This document shows, piece by piece, positions 27,102 to 41,431 of a DNA stretch of 64,000 nt (position 1 is the stretch's first letter; each line of letters begins with the position of its first letter). Where the stretch lies: assembly GCA_963920595.1 (NCBI GenBank), contig OY986948.1, positions 3,906,001 to 3,970,000 on the forward strand. Direction: 5' to 3'. Origin of the DNA: Eimeria praecox (lineage: Eukaryota). A program made the position numbers and the translations under genes. The notes beneath the pieces are model-generated. The model was not told the DNA's origin and searched no databases. It worked only from the letters and a program-made list of their open reading frames with translations.

Positions 27102-29265
27102 ATGGAATCATTTTTCCAAGCTGCGCTAAATTCCGTCCTTGAGGCGGCAGGAGGGGGCAGCAGGAGTAGCAGGACCAGTGCTAGCAACAGTACGACAAAC
27201 ATCGGATCTGCCAGGCAAAACAGTCGCAGCAGCGCCTCTGGAGGGATGTCTGGCGGTAGTGGGGGGAATGCCTTTAGGTCTTCTCGCTCCACAGAGAGAG
27301 CTGCCACAGCATCTACCTCCTCGGGGGACCGGAATACAGGGCATAGTTCCCGATGTGAGCCGAACAGTAGAACGCAAGCCCAGAACAGGGGTGTCTATCA
27401 AACTAGCCAAGCCAGCAAAATGGGAGGCAGCAACAATGTGCCTGCCGGGGGGAATAACGGCAGCGGCAGCAGCTCATCAAAAGATGTCAGTTCCCCTGGC
27501 AATTCTCAGGACCCAGCAAAGAAATCCCAGGTGCGGGATCGGGAAGCAGCAGACCGGCTAAAAAACCTGGGAAATGAAAGTTTTAGACGGGGCATGTACG
27601 GCTTGGCAGCGGAGTACTATTCAAAGGCAATTGAGGTGGATGCCACGGTTGCCTCGTACTTTACAAATAGGGCTCTCTGCCATAAACGCGAAAAGCGATA
27701 CCCAGAGGCGCTGGAAGACGCTGAGGCGGCTCTGGCGCTTGAGGAGACGAACATAAAGGGCCTGTACATTAAGGGCGATGCTTTAGTGCAGCTAGGTAAC
27801 GTTTCTCATGTATCTTGTCCCATTTGTTCCTCAAGAAATTGAGAGGATAGAGCTGCAGTTCTCGAGCACGAGGCGCGTACTTTTCCTTCTTAGCTGTAGA
27901 AGGCCCGCACTACAGGGGTATCACAACCGCTCGTGTTGGTGTTTGCTGTCACAGGCGACTATGACGCTGGAGTTAATTTGCTGGAGAAGGCACAGACAGC
28001 ATCTTCTTCGGAAGCTGGGCGAGCAGCAACTGAAATCCGTCACTCTCTTCTAAATGGCAAGCAAACGTCCCCTGTAAATGAGCGTGAATAAACGGAGCTG
28101 CTTCTGTAACGTTGATTGAGCTGCAGTAATGTAGAAAGGAATTGAGCTAGTACAGGTTGACGTTGGGATGAGGGGTTTTCTGCAGTTGGTGGTTGTTGCG
28201 TTTCAGCTAAGAAACTTAGACATGCGCGTTGCCGGAGGCAAAGATCAGTTGATAGGAAGGACCTTGAGACGTTTCTGAAGGTAATGTTGGCGCTTTTGGT
28301 TGGCTGCATGGCGCATGCTGCTTATGTTTTAGCTCAGAATTCGGTGCACTTGCGTTCAGTATGTGGTGCGTTTGGTGTGCATATTCTAAACTGTGAGTAT
28401 CGTTCGAGGACAGTCGTACTGCGAACTTTTGCAGGAATGTATCGAGGTGGCGGCTCAGCAGAAACATCTCTCCAAAGAGGAAGTTGACGGCCGAGTGGCG
28501 CAGCTAGAACATCTCGTAGCTGAAGCCGCTGAGGCGGATGCTCCTTTTGAAATACCCGACTTCCTCACTTGCAAAATCTCCATGGTACTGCGTGCACCTT
28601 CCTCTAGGGGACAAATGCAATTTTCATCCATCAGCAATACGCTTTTATTGTTTCTACTGTAAAATGAACTATCTTCCATTATGAGGTCGTTCAGTTTGTG
28701 CTTATCCCCCGAAGTTGCATGTAGAAGACGCTCGGCAGCAGTGGGTGGTCTGTGTATTCTCGTGTGTACTCTGCAGGGGTTGATGGACGAACCAGTTGTC
28801 ACGCCTAGTGGCATCACATATGAACATAAGCTTCTCCTGGAACACTTGAACCGCAACGGGCCCACGGACCCGATCACCAGGTGAGCCACTTTTCAGACGC
28901 CCAGACTGTTCAGACGATTCTCTACCTTAGCAATTCAGGAACTGGCTCATCAGATGCGTTATCTCTACAGCAGTCGCCCCAGACAAGGCCGCATATGGCT
29001 TTCGTAAAATTTCGTGTTATTGTCATCTGCAGAGAACCCTGCGATTCAAAAAGGCTGGTTCCAAACTACGCGGTAAAAGAAGCAACTGCTTGGTTTCTAG
29101 AGAGGCAAGTGTCGCAAATGAGCGAGCAAAATAGGCTTTGTGCTGCACCATATTGTTCGTCGTTTTTAAATGTATCTTGGACTGGTGTCAACCGCCGTTA
29201 GTATTTAGTGAACATCTATGCGTTGATTGTACTATTTCAGGTATCCCTGGGCATACGACGCATAG
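27102..29265 (+). CDS. STUB1: TPR + U-box E3 ubiquitin ligase (CHIP/STUB1-like)
   Basis: TPRs: [12 protein letters not shown]...YFTNRALCH...KGLYIKG. U-box: [29 protein letters not shown]...[18 protein letters not shown]. Exons 27102-27795, 27955-28056, 28207-28280, 28435-28584, 28777-28880, 29033-29104, 29241-29265. Confidence 0.93.
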
Positions 29266-30162
29266 CTCTGCTGGGCCTCTTCACTGTTGGTATTTATTAT
29301 AGCGAAGTGGTCATTAGCCAAGGACTGCTCAGGCGATGCTCTTGTTGCGGCACTCCACCCCAGGCAAACAACAGTATATTTTAACTCAGGGCGCCGCTGG
29401 ACTCGCTTCACGTGGTTGGCTACGTTCTTGCCGACAGTGTGTGTCCGCTCTAGTAGGAGGACTACGTTGTTTTTATTTGTATTGCGTTAGCATGGGGGCA
29501 ACAACGGCCGCATAGTATGCTGCTGATAAGTAGGCTGCGCTTCTGCGGGGCGGAGCGCAGAGGGGCTAATTGAGCCGCATTTGGCAGACACCATGAGAAA
29601 TAGCGCCAGTCGGCTCTTGCCAGGGCTGCAGGAAGTAAGCGCTAGTACGGGGTGGGTTGCAGGGGCAAACGGGCTCAGGCAGCCGACGCTCGCTGGTTCC
29701 TTTACTCCTAAATTCGCATGATGCCGACCACCTCCGGGCATGGCCTTTAGCCAAACCCTTCCGAACTACCGAACGAGCTTCCAAATCCCCGTTGCAGAAG
29801 CCCGCGTGGAACTGATCAGGACTAAGTTCAGTGTAGCTTGTGTATTTACTCATTGAAACTGGAGTAAGGGAAGCTGTGGGGGGCTGCACGTTACAGTTTG
29901 CTGAAATGTCACTTGTTAGGTTCGCTACGGACTGAAAGCTAGTTTTTCGCACCCTGTGGGGACGTTAGAACCAGGGGGTTGTAAAACATCTGTTTGTCGA
30001 TGAAATGCTTGCCAGGCAGCCCATCGGCTGCAACCCAAGCGCAGCGTTAATTGCCAAAAGGAGGGCAATGCTAGCTGCCCCAGCAAGCCGTTACGGGCTG
30101 CTGCAGCACCTGGAACGGCATCGGCCAGTTCGCTTGGCTGCCACGCCAATGCCTGTAGTGCC

Positions 30163-31143
<981 letters not shown>

Positions 31144-31355
31144 TTATCAAGCAAAAACCCTTTGTGTTCACTTTTCAACGGGCTCCTTCACTAACTTTTA
31201 AACATGCGCATCAGCCCACGTTGGGGCGGGGGCTGGCGGGGCAGCCTGCCACGCCAGTCCCGGGTGTGCATGTGGAACGTCCAAACGGCTAACGCATAAG
31301 GCGTTTCGGAGTAAGGCTACTTCGTAGCATTTGCACAAGACTTTGTAGCGGGATT

Positions 31356-31819
31356 TGTAACTGCTAAACAGGCGGGTGACGAGCTCCGTTTGCACGGAAT
31401 AGGTGTAGTATTGCTGTGCTCTATGCGCAGCAATGGTTTGGGTGAAATAGGTACCTGTAGCGAGTCCTCGGTCGCCGAGAACCATCGTGAGCTGCAATTC
31501 ACTGAAAAGCTTGGAAAGAGTTCGCAAAAGCAGTTGACCTCCACTCCAGCCTACAGGCCTCCTGGGTACAGCTGCTTAAGGGGCTGGAACTGGCGGGGAC
31601 AAGCAAGCAGGCGTGCCATGGGCTGCAGTGCAGCTTGGTGCAGCTAGTCTTGCAAGGGAGATCCACCTGCCATTACCGCAAATGTCCGTCTTCTGCGTGA
31701 GCTAGCAGCGTACACTGTAATGTATAGCGTCCAGTGTCTCCAAGCACTTACTTGGTCCAACGCAGTCACCCTGCGAGCGAATAGGGTACGAGTAGGAACA
31801 CAGCGCACAGCGTGCTACA
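31356..31819 (-). mobile_element. LTR (3' LTR of a minus-strand Ty3/gypsy element)
   Basis: TG...CA ends (+ strand TGTAAC at 31356, GCTACA ending at 31819). Aligns by eye with copies at 39485, 50380 and 50700-51047. Immediately preceded on the minus strand by a polypurine tract. Confidence 0.7.
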
Positions 31820-31838
31820 TCTTCCCTCCTGTCCCTTA
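31820..31838 (-). promoter_or_regulatory. Polypurine tract (plus-strand priming site)
   Basis: Minus strand reads AAGGGACAGGAGGGAAGA directly followed by TGTAGCA, the LTR start. Confidence 0.65.
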
Positions 31839-34800
31839 ATCGGCACACGTCCTCGTGTGCCGATTAAGTGTGTGCATAGCCCAGCACAGGAAGGCTACAC
31901 CGAGTGGAGGGTCTTGCGGCACTTGCTGCACCTCTAACGGCTGTTGTTGTGGCGTCTACACCGGATTCCCCTGCTACATCTGCAGAGTATCTGAGTGCCT
32001 GTGGTCTATCTATTTTTGATGTTTCCCATACTGGTGCATCGGTCGCTGCAGTAGCTCTTGTCGATGACCTGCTGCACTGGTCCAGCAAAGAGGTCCCGCT
32101 TCAGCAGTGGCACACACTTCTGACGACAGCTCGCATCTTACGCCCCTAGTTTTCTGGATTATAGCGTGCTTCCTACCCACCTCAAGCTTAGTGGCAGATA
32201 CTGTGTCAACAAATGAACTGCTAGGCTGCAGCCCCTCGCCGGATCCTCAGACATCAGACCCAGCTCGCAGCCTGTGTCAAGTAGCGCTAGCAACTCCTGA
32301 CCATCAATAAGAACGTGGGTAGACACTGAGCTATTTCGAGGAGCATCTGTCGATGCGATGTAATACCTTTCGTCTCCATCCCAGCGCCGCTTGTCTTGTG
32401 GGGCACAAGCCTTTCCCTGCGCGTCGTCGTGGTTTGCTTGTTTGGCAGGACTACTCCGCCACCTCCCTTTCTTTTTCTTCTGCAACACCGGCTTGGGACC
32501 GCCAGCTCTAGTTAACGGTTGGAGTTTGTTTTCCAGTTATTCCCCTCTTCAAGATGTGGAGATCGCCGATACTTTGGAAGAAAGCGTGAGGCTAGTTTGA
32601 TGGAGTGTGTTGTGCGCACTGCGGATGGCCGCCGGCCCGCTGGAAGATCCACGCTGCTGAGGGCGCCTAACCACTCTTCCGTTTGCCCATTTCAACTGTG
32701 ATTGGGCCTTTAACTGATTCGAATCCCCCAAGCCTTTGCATTCGAAAGAGTTTCACGTCGCGCTACACGCATTTTCCGTCGTTTCCTGCAATGCCCCTTC
32801 AATGCGCAAAATTTCTCGCTCCTTTCTCCTTGGCGCGCCGATTGACTCTTTCTTACGGTAGAGAATGCATATATTGTTGGAAGCTCTCACAGGTGCTCTA
32901 GCGCATCTCTTCGAGCCAACGAACCTCAATAGTGCGTGGTGGAAGCCCCATGTGTCCTTCCCACTTAGTCACCCACGGCATGCCCAGGATTATGTTATAA
33001 TGAGCTAGTACAACCTAAAAGCTCCGTGGCATAGCCATCTAATCAATTTCTTTGAATAGAGATTTTACTTTACGACCATAGTTTTATGGATTCTCGCGTC
33101 GTGTCTGCCATCGGCAAAATGTAGTGACACAGTCTGCACCGCTAATATACTGCCAGCGTGCCCGCTGGTCAATGGCGCCATTTCACATCGTTTCCACTGG
33201 CTGGAAGCCGCTTTTTAGGCGACTATCCCAGAAAAGGCAAAAATATTCAGGGCAGTTCCAAACGCGCAGCACCTAAAAGTGCCTGACAGGAGCACACTAG
33301 CTCCGAAAGCGGGGGTTGCCAGCCCAAAGTAACCATAAGATACGCACGGAATGAAAGTGATGCCGGCAGCGATGTCCTGGTTGCTATAAGTAAGGCATGA
33401 GGTGCAAAGCACGCGTGGATGAAAAGCAGAGCAGAATTTGGCACAGGTAGGTAGATAGGATAATATTTGATCAACAACGACAACTTGCTAACTGCTGGAA
33501 AACGGTGAGTTAAAACGTATATTCAAGCAGCACTGCACCCGCATGCATTTGCAGTTATTGCCGATGACTGGGGGAGGGCCCGTAGAATGCTTTGAAGAAT
33601 TGCTGCATGCAATGAATCGCAGGGCCCAAGTCTCAAAATATGGAAGGAATAAAGTGTAGCCCACGGCACCGCGGATATACCTGTATAGAGAGGGAGTTGC
33701 ATAGATCATAAGAAAAATTTATTCACAACAGTAGAGCACATATATGTGAATATAAGCACAATTTTGGCAGCCACGGAGGAGTGAATTAAAGCACAAGCTT
33801 AGGCAGCACCCGCATACCCCCTACAATCGTTCCCGCTGAATGCAGAACGGATCTTAGGGCCTCGTGACGGATTTATGCACGTAATTAATCCTCACCAACC
33901 CATTTGGGATGTCAGTCTCCTCGCTATTTAGCGCATAATTCACGTTCGCTCTGGTCCCTGCGTGTGGATACGCGTTTGTTCAGGGTCTACGCACCCTCCA
34001 GTTATTCCCATTCACTGTGGCGTTGGTGTGGCTTTCTGTTGAAAGCTCGGGAAGGTTCCAGTGGCCCCTGAACATTTTGAGGAAGCAAGCGTTGATGGTG
34101 TGATGCCATCTTCTCCATCATCTTCTTGAATGTTTATGCCAAATCATTTACTCGAGAGAGGACAAAAAAAAATCCCTACCCAACATATTGCGCACTTCTT
34201 TGGCTTATCGTTCTCCGAAGCACTTCAAAGAGCGAATCCGCTGGGATGAATCCACCTAGTTTGAAAGTTAGTGCTGAATGCCGCTTGTCATAGTTTCTTG
34301 CCTGGCTTTCTTGTGCATCCTTCATGCATTACGGCGCTAGTGCAAACTGCGTATGAATGTCAACAATTCCGAACGTACGGCACTAGTTTCCGGCAGCCAG
34401 ATCTAATGCCTGGTCAGATAATGGCGTTGCAGATCGGGGTTAATGTGGAGCAACAAACGCAGAAATGCACGGCATTACAAACCCATTCTGCGCAGGGGAA
34501 GAAAATCAAGCCACTTTGGCTAGATTTACTGGGCACAGAGTTGCAAATACTGCACAAGCATGCGGCTGGTGCATTATGACCGTCTGCTCGCAGGTTGTTG
34601 CGATGGCCCTGCTATGGTCGATACTGAGCCGCTTCATGAATTCACGTCCGAAAGCGTCACCTAACTTCGGCTCCCTGTCAGTCATGATGTCATTCAGAGA
34701 ACTGTAAATCTTCAAGGCGTGTTTAATAAATAGTTGGACCACTCCTGCTGCAAATGAACTCGAACTGGAGATAAAGGGGCGTATTTGCTGAGTGTGCTCA

Positions 34801-37800
34801 CAACAGCGTAGATGCTATCCCGCCATAAGACTGCTGGCAAATCCACTACGCAATCCATCGAGATATCCGTTTTAAGATACGATGGTTTTGCAAGAGTCCA
34901 ATTTTGAGAGTGCAGTTCCCCGTGAGTACAATAGGGACGCATGAGGACATATTCCTTAGCTTACAGACGCATCCTCAGCCACCAAAGGAACTATCAAAAC
35001 GCTTCCCCGTTGTATTGACTCCTCCATGACCAGCTAAAACGTCATCGTGCACTGTGCGCAGACTTTCTACGCGATGCGAAGCTGAAATGTATAATCGGCG
35101 GAGTCCACTCTTTGTCTGGAACCGCAAGAGGCCGTTGTCGAAGCTGTAGCTGACTGCAGCAGCAGTAGCGCCTACCGGGTAAGGAAGATGCAATTTGGAG
35201 AGAAATCGGGAATCATCGCAGATAGGCACACTTGCCAACACAGTGTCTGCTTGGTAGGGCATTGGTTGATACCGTTGACATACTTGACTGTGAAGTCGTA
35301 CTGCTTAAGCTGGCAAAGCCATCCAACAGCGCTTTTATTAGCATAGCCTTGAAAACTCTTTGCCACGTGTGGGGCAGACTGATAGTCGGTTTGAACAGTG
35401 AAATGCTTAACATGCAGGTAATCTGAGCACTGTTCTTCTCCCCGCCAGACTGCGTATAGCTCCTCCTCACGTACCGGATCCTTCTTCCCCCTTTCCGCGA
35501 AGCGGTGTGAGTAGCACGCAATTATTTGCTACTTTTGCAAGTCAGTCGCGTGCTGGGAGAGCATGACAGTAATTGCTCGATCACTAGCAACGGTTGTTAG
35601 GAAGAAATGCTGGTCTAAATCGGGGAGCGCCAGTACTAGGCGATGTGAGGTGTTTGGTCAGGTTTCTGGCGCATTTGTCTTCCTTCTCCGTACACCATTG
35701 TTGCTTGATTCTCTTAGATATGTTAGAGGGAAGGCGCCGCGAACCAAATCCAGGAGTGAAACTGTGTAGTACGATGAAAAATCAAGACACTTCTGGATGT
35801 CCGTGCACGTGTACAGGGATAGCTGTAGTGCACAAGCACTACAATGGATCTCTGGTGAGGCCTCTAGAGGACTAATGTCATGAAAAGGAATGAACACTAT
35901 AGAAAATTTCAGGGATTAGGACAGTTTTAGATAGGAAGGCAGCTTAATAGGGTCAGAGTGGTCGCCAGCCTGCACCAGCTTGGGGCTGGGTGTGAGGCTG
36001 TTGCTGTGACTCTGGTCCTGGCCCTCAGCGAGGGTCGAGAATCAGTTCTTTTATTCTGAGTTTTTCTTGGGGAACAATAATAGGAACTCAATTATACATT
36101 TGGTTGTTAACGGCGTTTATTAGTGGTTTCAGCGAGAATCATAGGTTTAAGAGCGAGATAGCAGTGTGTGCACCTATTCTGTCTAACCTGGGGATCTATC
36201 GTAGTGGCAGTGTAGGCCAGCTGTTCACTACAGTAGCGGCCAGTTGCAACTATCGTCTACGGACCTGGATCGGCTCGTGCTAGAGACAAGATACCCTAAG
36301 GGACTAATAGTTTGCACAGAAAACGAACGCTTCCATGCTTTCAAGAACCGCTGGCTCGCCTTGCAGTTGCGGGGCACGCTTCAGGTGCTGCAAATGCTCC
36401 TGCGCATTCGAAATGAACAGAAGCGCATTATTCATGCGCATCGCCATGCATCCCTCATTGGTTGGCACCAAATGGTCATGGTCGAACTGTCGCTGCAGTA
36501 CAGAAGGTGCATTCACGAGCTTAAAGGGGCTTCAGGAGAACTCTACCTTGACTATGTGGGTCTGAAATGCCATCTTGCACTTATCGCAAGGAGGTGTTGG
36601 GACCTATAACAAGAAAGCAGCGAAGTCGAATGATGAACTGGCTGCTGAAACGTGCAGGCAGGCAACCAGTTCGTCGATCTGGCGTATAGAAACTTCAGTT
36701 TCACTGTGAATTCGTTAAGAGGGGAGCGGAGTCGATGCACAAGTTCCAAGCCAGCATCAGATTGTGCCCAGAGATACTAGTTGATGATCGAGTCTTACCT
36801 TTTCTAGCGGTTCTTCTCTTTGTCCTTTGATTTCCTGTTCGAGATGTGGGGCTTGCCCGTACCTTAGAACAGAGCTTGGAGCTGCTACGAGAATGAGTTC
36901 GGCGCAGTGAATTGAGCGCCCAGCGGCCGGCCTGCCCAGTGGAAGCTCTTTGTTATCGGGTACATAGGAGAACCCTCCCTTGAATTTTGCCCAGTCCTAC
37001 TGTTCGTCGGCTGCTAATTGGATCAAACTCTCCAAAACTGTGGCCCTCATACGACCTTCACGCCTGCGAGTTTGAATTTCTCAGCCACTTCCTGCAGTGC
37101 CTCTGCACTACGTAGGAGCCTCCTCGCTATTTTCTCCTTAAGACACTGATTACACTCCCTCTCACCTTATAGGAAGCAAGTGCTGTTGGATACGCAGAGA
37201 GCTGCACTCCCTTGCCTCTTCCCGGCACAATATATTCAGTAGTAGTATTGTGTGGAGGCTGCATGCACGCCCGCCGCTGTGTCACCCACAACATGCCTAC
37301 GATTTTGGCGGTGAACTGGTCCAACTCAGAAACCTCGTATCATAGGAATGTGACACCTCTTCCAGTATAACTCGCATTTTACGCCGGTGGAGCATGGGTT
37401 TATCATTTCCTTTATGGGGAGATACTCTGCAAACTCGGCAGGTTCAACAGGTTCAACTTGTACTTCACCCCTCGGTTGCTTATCCTCCGCCCACCCGGTT
37501 ACCGGCTGCCATTTTCGGAGGGATAGTCATACTATGAACCAATTCTATAGAAGCAAGCGATCTACTAGTGGACTGCTGTTCACCAATGACTGATAGTTCT
37601 CGTTGTAGCGTGCGCTCTACCGGTAGCTTCCCTTGATTACGCTTCTTATTTGCCGCCATAGCTTGTTCCCTTGGGAGCATAAGGCTAAACATGCAATGCA
37701 GAGCGCCCCATAGAGCCTGCATGATCTTGTTGTGATGCTTTTTATTAAATATATCGGAGAACTCTTGCTTCAATTCTGCCCACTTCTGCTGTTCCTCGAC

Positions 37801-39484
37801 TCTCATAAGATTCGAATCCTTCCAAGCTGCGGTCACCGTGCGACCATCACATCGAAAATGCATGCGTTTATCCTTCGTCTCCTGCAGTGCCTCTGCAATG
37901 CGTAGGAGCTTCCTCGTTCCTTTTTCCTTCGGACGCTGATTACACTCCTCTTACCGTAGATGATGCAAATGCTATTGGATGAGCGGGGAGATGCACTCTT
38001 TCATCGCTCCCCTGCATGACATATTCCTCAGCTGTGTCGTCTGGAGGCCGCATGCGCACCCTGCACTGATTCACCCACGGCATGCCCACGATTTCATCGT
38101 GATAAACTGGTCCAGCATAGAACTTCCGTGCCACAGTAATATGACCCAATTCTGAAGAGAGTTCGCCTTTTACTCTATGTTTCCCTATTATGGCGAACTG
38201 TCTACCCCCCTTAAGCTTAGTGGCAGATACTGTGCCAACAAATGAACTGCTAGGCTTCAGCGTCTCGCTGGTGCCTCAGATATGAGACCGGGGCTTGCAG
38301 CCTCTGTCAAGCAGCACTAACAATGCCTAACCATCAAGAACGTGGGTAGACACTGAGGTACTTCGAGGACGATCTGTCGATGCGATGTAATACCTTTTCG
38401 CCCTACCACACCGCAGCGTATCGTGGGGAGCCCAAGCGTTTTCCTGCTCGTTTTCTGTTTGTTTGCTTGGTGGCGCTACTGAACGTCTTACCTCTCTAGT
38501 TCCTTAACATTTTTCATGCGACTACAACCTCGGATTATGTGACTGTGTGCAGGCGAAGCCGATACGGCGCTCATCACGTATGCCCGCTTTCCTGGGTGGG
38601 TGCCGAATTTGCCGGCTGCTGCGGTTATCCCTTCTACTCCCTTTATGGGCTAGTTTAGCATTCATAGCCCCAATATCCATCGGCTCTAAATCTGGCTCGT
38701 TTCCAAGTCCGCCCTAATTAAGGTAGGGCTTTGGAAGTTGCGTTTTTCCTTTCCTTGAGATGAAGTACTCCACCATCCCGGCAAGTTCAACTATTTTATC
38801 TTCCAGGTTCCTGTTCGCGGCCCAGCCTGTTACTGGCTGCCTTTCTCCGGGGGATAGCCGTCCTATGAACCAATAAGCGCTCCGCTTCACTTTTGAACTT
38901 CTGTTCAGCAATGACTAATACCCCCCCCCCCCCCGGATATAGAGTTCGATCGGCATTTTCTATTGCTTTGCTTCCTCTCTTCCGCCGTTTCCTAGTTTCT
39001 TCCAGATCTGGGGATACATCTGCGCCAAAGAGCTTTGTGGAAAGCGCACACGATCCTGAAGTGCTCCGGAAAAGCGTAGCCTTTACTTTGATGCAGAAAC
39101 CAGCGTCGAGATTCTCTTTCTTATAGACACGATTCTAGTGGCAACTGTAGACCTTCCGGTGGTTTTTGAAGGTGGAGGCATATGCCTACGGAACCAAGGA
39201 ACCCCTCTGTTGCCTCCGCCCTGAGGTGGCCGCCATATCTCAATGGTCGGCAGAGGCATTCTTGATGAATTGCTCTTGGTCGAAATTCACTTTCCACAGG
39301 AAAAGATGCGCGAAATCCAACTTGTATGTGCTCGACATGGCTTCAAGCCATGGGCCGCCTCCCCACCCGAGGCCAGATTATCATCAAGCCCCATTGTGCA
39401 AAAGGAAAGGCTTAGGCTTCGATAAGGATCTCTCAAAAAAGAAGTTTGTCTCCCTTTAAGGGCTTGTTTATTTTCAGTGGTTAT
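31820..39484 (-). mobile_element. Nest of degenerate Ty3/gypsy (chromovirus-like) gag-pol fragments
   Basis: Protease LLALLDTGC (32159-32488) and IILGMPWV (~32970-32995). Integrase HDDVLAGHGG (34975-35262), ISMDCVVDLP...LSK (34712-34942) and IMTDREPK (34506-34742). RNase H LKQYDFTVKYVNG (35172-35366). RT remnant ...ISNAQEHLQHL (36304-36516). gag PMDIG at ~38670. All frameshifted or stop-ridden. Confidence 0.88.
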
Positions 39485-39869
39485 TGTAACGAGAGTTCGT
39501 CAACCGTAACCGAGGGCCGTCACGAGCTGCAACAGAGTCACACACTTAATGGAAGAGCTCGCAAAGAACTGTTGCCTCCCCTCCAGCTTCGAGGCCTCCT
39601 TATCAGAGTTAACCAACGGTTTGGGGCGGGTGATGAGACGAGCAGGCCTGAAACGAGCTGCAACGCACCTCGCTGCAGCTAGTGCTGCAATGCAGTCTCC
39701 CCTGCACGCGCAGCAAATGCCCCTTTTCTGCATGCTGTGGCACTTTACACTGCATTGTAGGCTGTCTTTAAATGATTTACTAATCCTCCGTAGTCGACCT
39801 CCGAGCAGCTTAGGGTACGAGTACGAGCATCACACAGAGCACGCAGACCAGTGCACAGATACTGTTAAA
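39485..39869 (-). mobile_element. LTR (5' LTR of the minus-strand element), diverged
   Basis: TGTAAC...GTTAAA. Shares ccg..gagctgcaa..gaagag.tcgcaaa..ctcc and TAGGGTACGAGTA with the 31456-31819 copy. Confidence 0.62.
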
Positions 39870-40519
39870 TAATCTATGCTAATGCCACCGCCTGCAGTAC
39901 CGCCTGTTCTAGTATAAGAGTACACACGTATGGAGACACAGAACAAGTGCGTCAAGACATGAAATCTAAATGAATGGGTGAAGAAATCGTCTAGTGAACA
40001 ATAAATTATTGCAAGGCGGCAGCATCGTCGGCCGGGTGTAGGCGTTGCAAGGAATTGCGGTGCTTCCCGTTGCTCCAAAGTCCTACGGAAACCTGGAACT
40101 GAGCAAAAATAATATATCTGTGAGTAATTCACTAAAAAGGGATGATGTGTTGCTACCCTGGGAACGCAGCAGTATAGTTGCTTGCGTTGGCCCTGTGGCA
40201 GTAAAAGCGGCTGCATGCCATTCTCCCCTAACCCGCCTACCTTGGAAACTCACTGGTCGAGCAAGCAGAGACAGTTAATGTTTCTGGCTTACCTAAATTA
40301 AAGTGTTGCTGAATAATTTTTTTTACTTGCGCAGTCAACTTCTTACTCCTCCCTCTGGAAGTCCGGGGTCTACGGCAGTGCACGTGACGCAGCAGCTGCG
40401 CGGGAGTTTAGCACGATCATCTGCGCATTTCAGCGTGGGCGATGGGCCCTATTTACACCTTTTCAAATTCTTCATGCTTGTTTCCTTCCCCTGTTTAGAC
40501 CGGATAGCGAACAGCGGTA

Positions 40520-41431
40520 ATGGCAGTTTTTCTCCGTCTGTTCAGCCAGCGGCACTCTCCGAGAAGAAGCAATCTTGAAGATGTAGCAGCTGTATCTCCT
40601 TGTGAGAGGGAGCTACTGACTGTCGGAAAACCTCAACGGGCGGCACAGTCAGCTGCTGCGGGCCCTGATGCGTCTGCAGACTCGGAGGAGATGCCGTTAT
40701 CATGGGGCTGCAAGCAGTCTATGCTTGCAGGGGTTGCCGTTAGTGCGTGCTTGGTGCTTTTATGGATTCTTCCTCTGAAGGACATACTCCGTCAAGTTGT
40801 GGAGTGCCAGAGGAGTAGCCCAGCTACATACGTGTTTACGTACATCATCGCTGGATTGCTCGTTCCCGCGCCGCTGCTTTCAGTTCTGGCTGGGGTTTTA
40901 ATGGGTCCTTCACTTCTGGCCGCATTTGTCATTCTCTGTGGTAGCTTGGGCTCCGCCTGTTTGGCATTTGCTATATCGCGCTTCTTGCTACGGCAGTTTG
41001 TTCTCCGTCGGTTTGTGCGTCGCAGCAAACAGCTACAGGCCATAGAGTTAGCCTTGCAGAAGGATTCAGTGAAGCTTGTGCTGTGCACACGGATGGTGTT
41101 ACCTTTTACTTTCAACAACTATTTCCTTGGAACAACCCCCATATCAGCCTCGACTTTTGCCCTTTCTACGGCGTTGACTGGCATTCCTTTTGCCGTTCTG
41201 TATGCAATCATTGGGGGAGAGTTACAAAGCCTCGACAGCGCGTTGGCCGCGAAATCATTTGCGCTTAAGGGGACAGAAGTTAACTTCTTTGGACTCTGCA
41301 CGGTGTCCAAGAAGCACTTGGAAATCACGGGAATATGCGCCGCCATTTGCTTGTGTTTTTTTGTGGTGCGGACCATTAAGCGCTTTGCCTCCCGAGTTAT
41401 TGCAGAGGCACAGTCTGAATCAAGAGGATAA
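40520..41431 (+). CDS. TVP38/TMEM64 family (VTT/DedA, SNARE-associated Golgi) membrane protein
   Basis: LLVPAPLLSVLAG...GSLGSACLAFAISRFLLR...LVLCTRMVLPFTFNNYFLG motifs. Multiple TMs. Single exon. Confidence 0.9.
   Translation: MAVFLRLFSQRHSPRRSNLEDVAAVSPCERELLTVGKPQRAAQSAAAGPDASADSEEMPLSWGCKQSMLAGVAVSACLVLLWILPLKDILRQVVECQRSSPATYVFTYIIAGLLVPAPLLSVLAGVLMGPSLLAAFVILCGSLGSACLAFAISRFLLRQFVLRRFVRRSKQLQAIELALQKDSVKLVLCTRMVLPFTFNNYFLGTTPISASTFALSTALTGIPFAVLYAIIGGELQSLDSALAAKSFALKGTEVNFFGLCTVSKKHLEITGICAAICLCFFVVRTIKRFASRVIAEAQSESRG

Noticed and set aside
31351..39875. A single intact full-length retrotransposon with target-site duplication
   Set aside because: Flanks do not match, the LTRs are strongly diverged, and internal domains are duplicated and broken.
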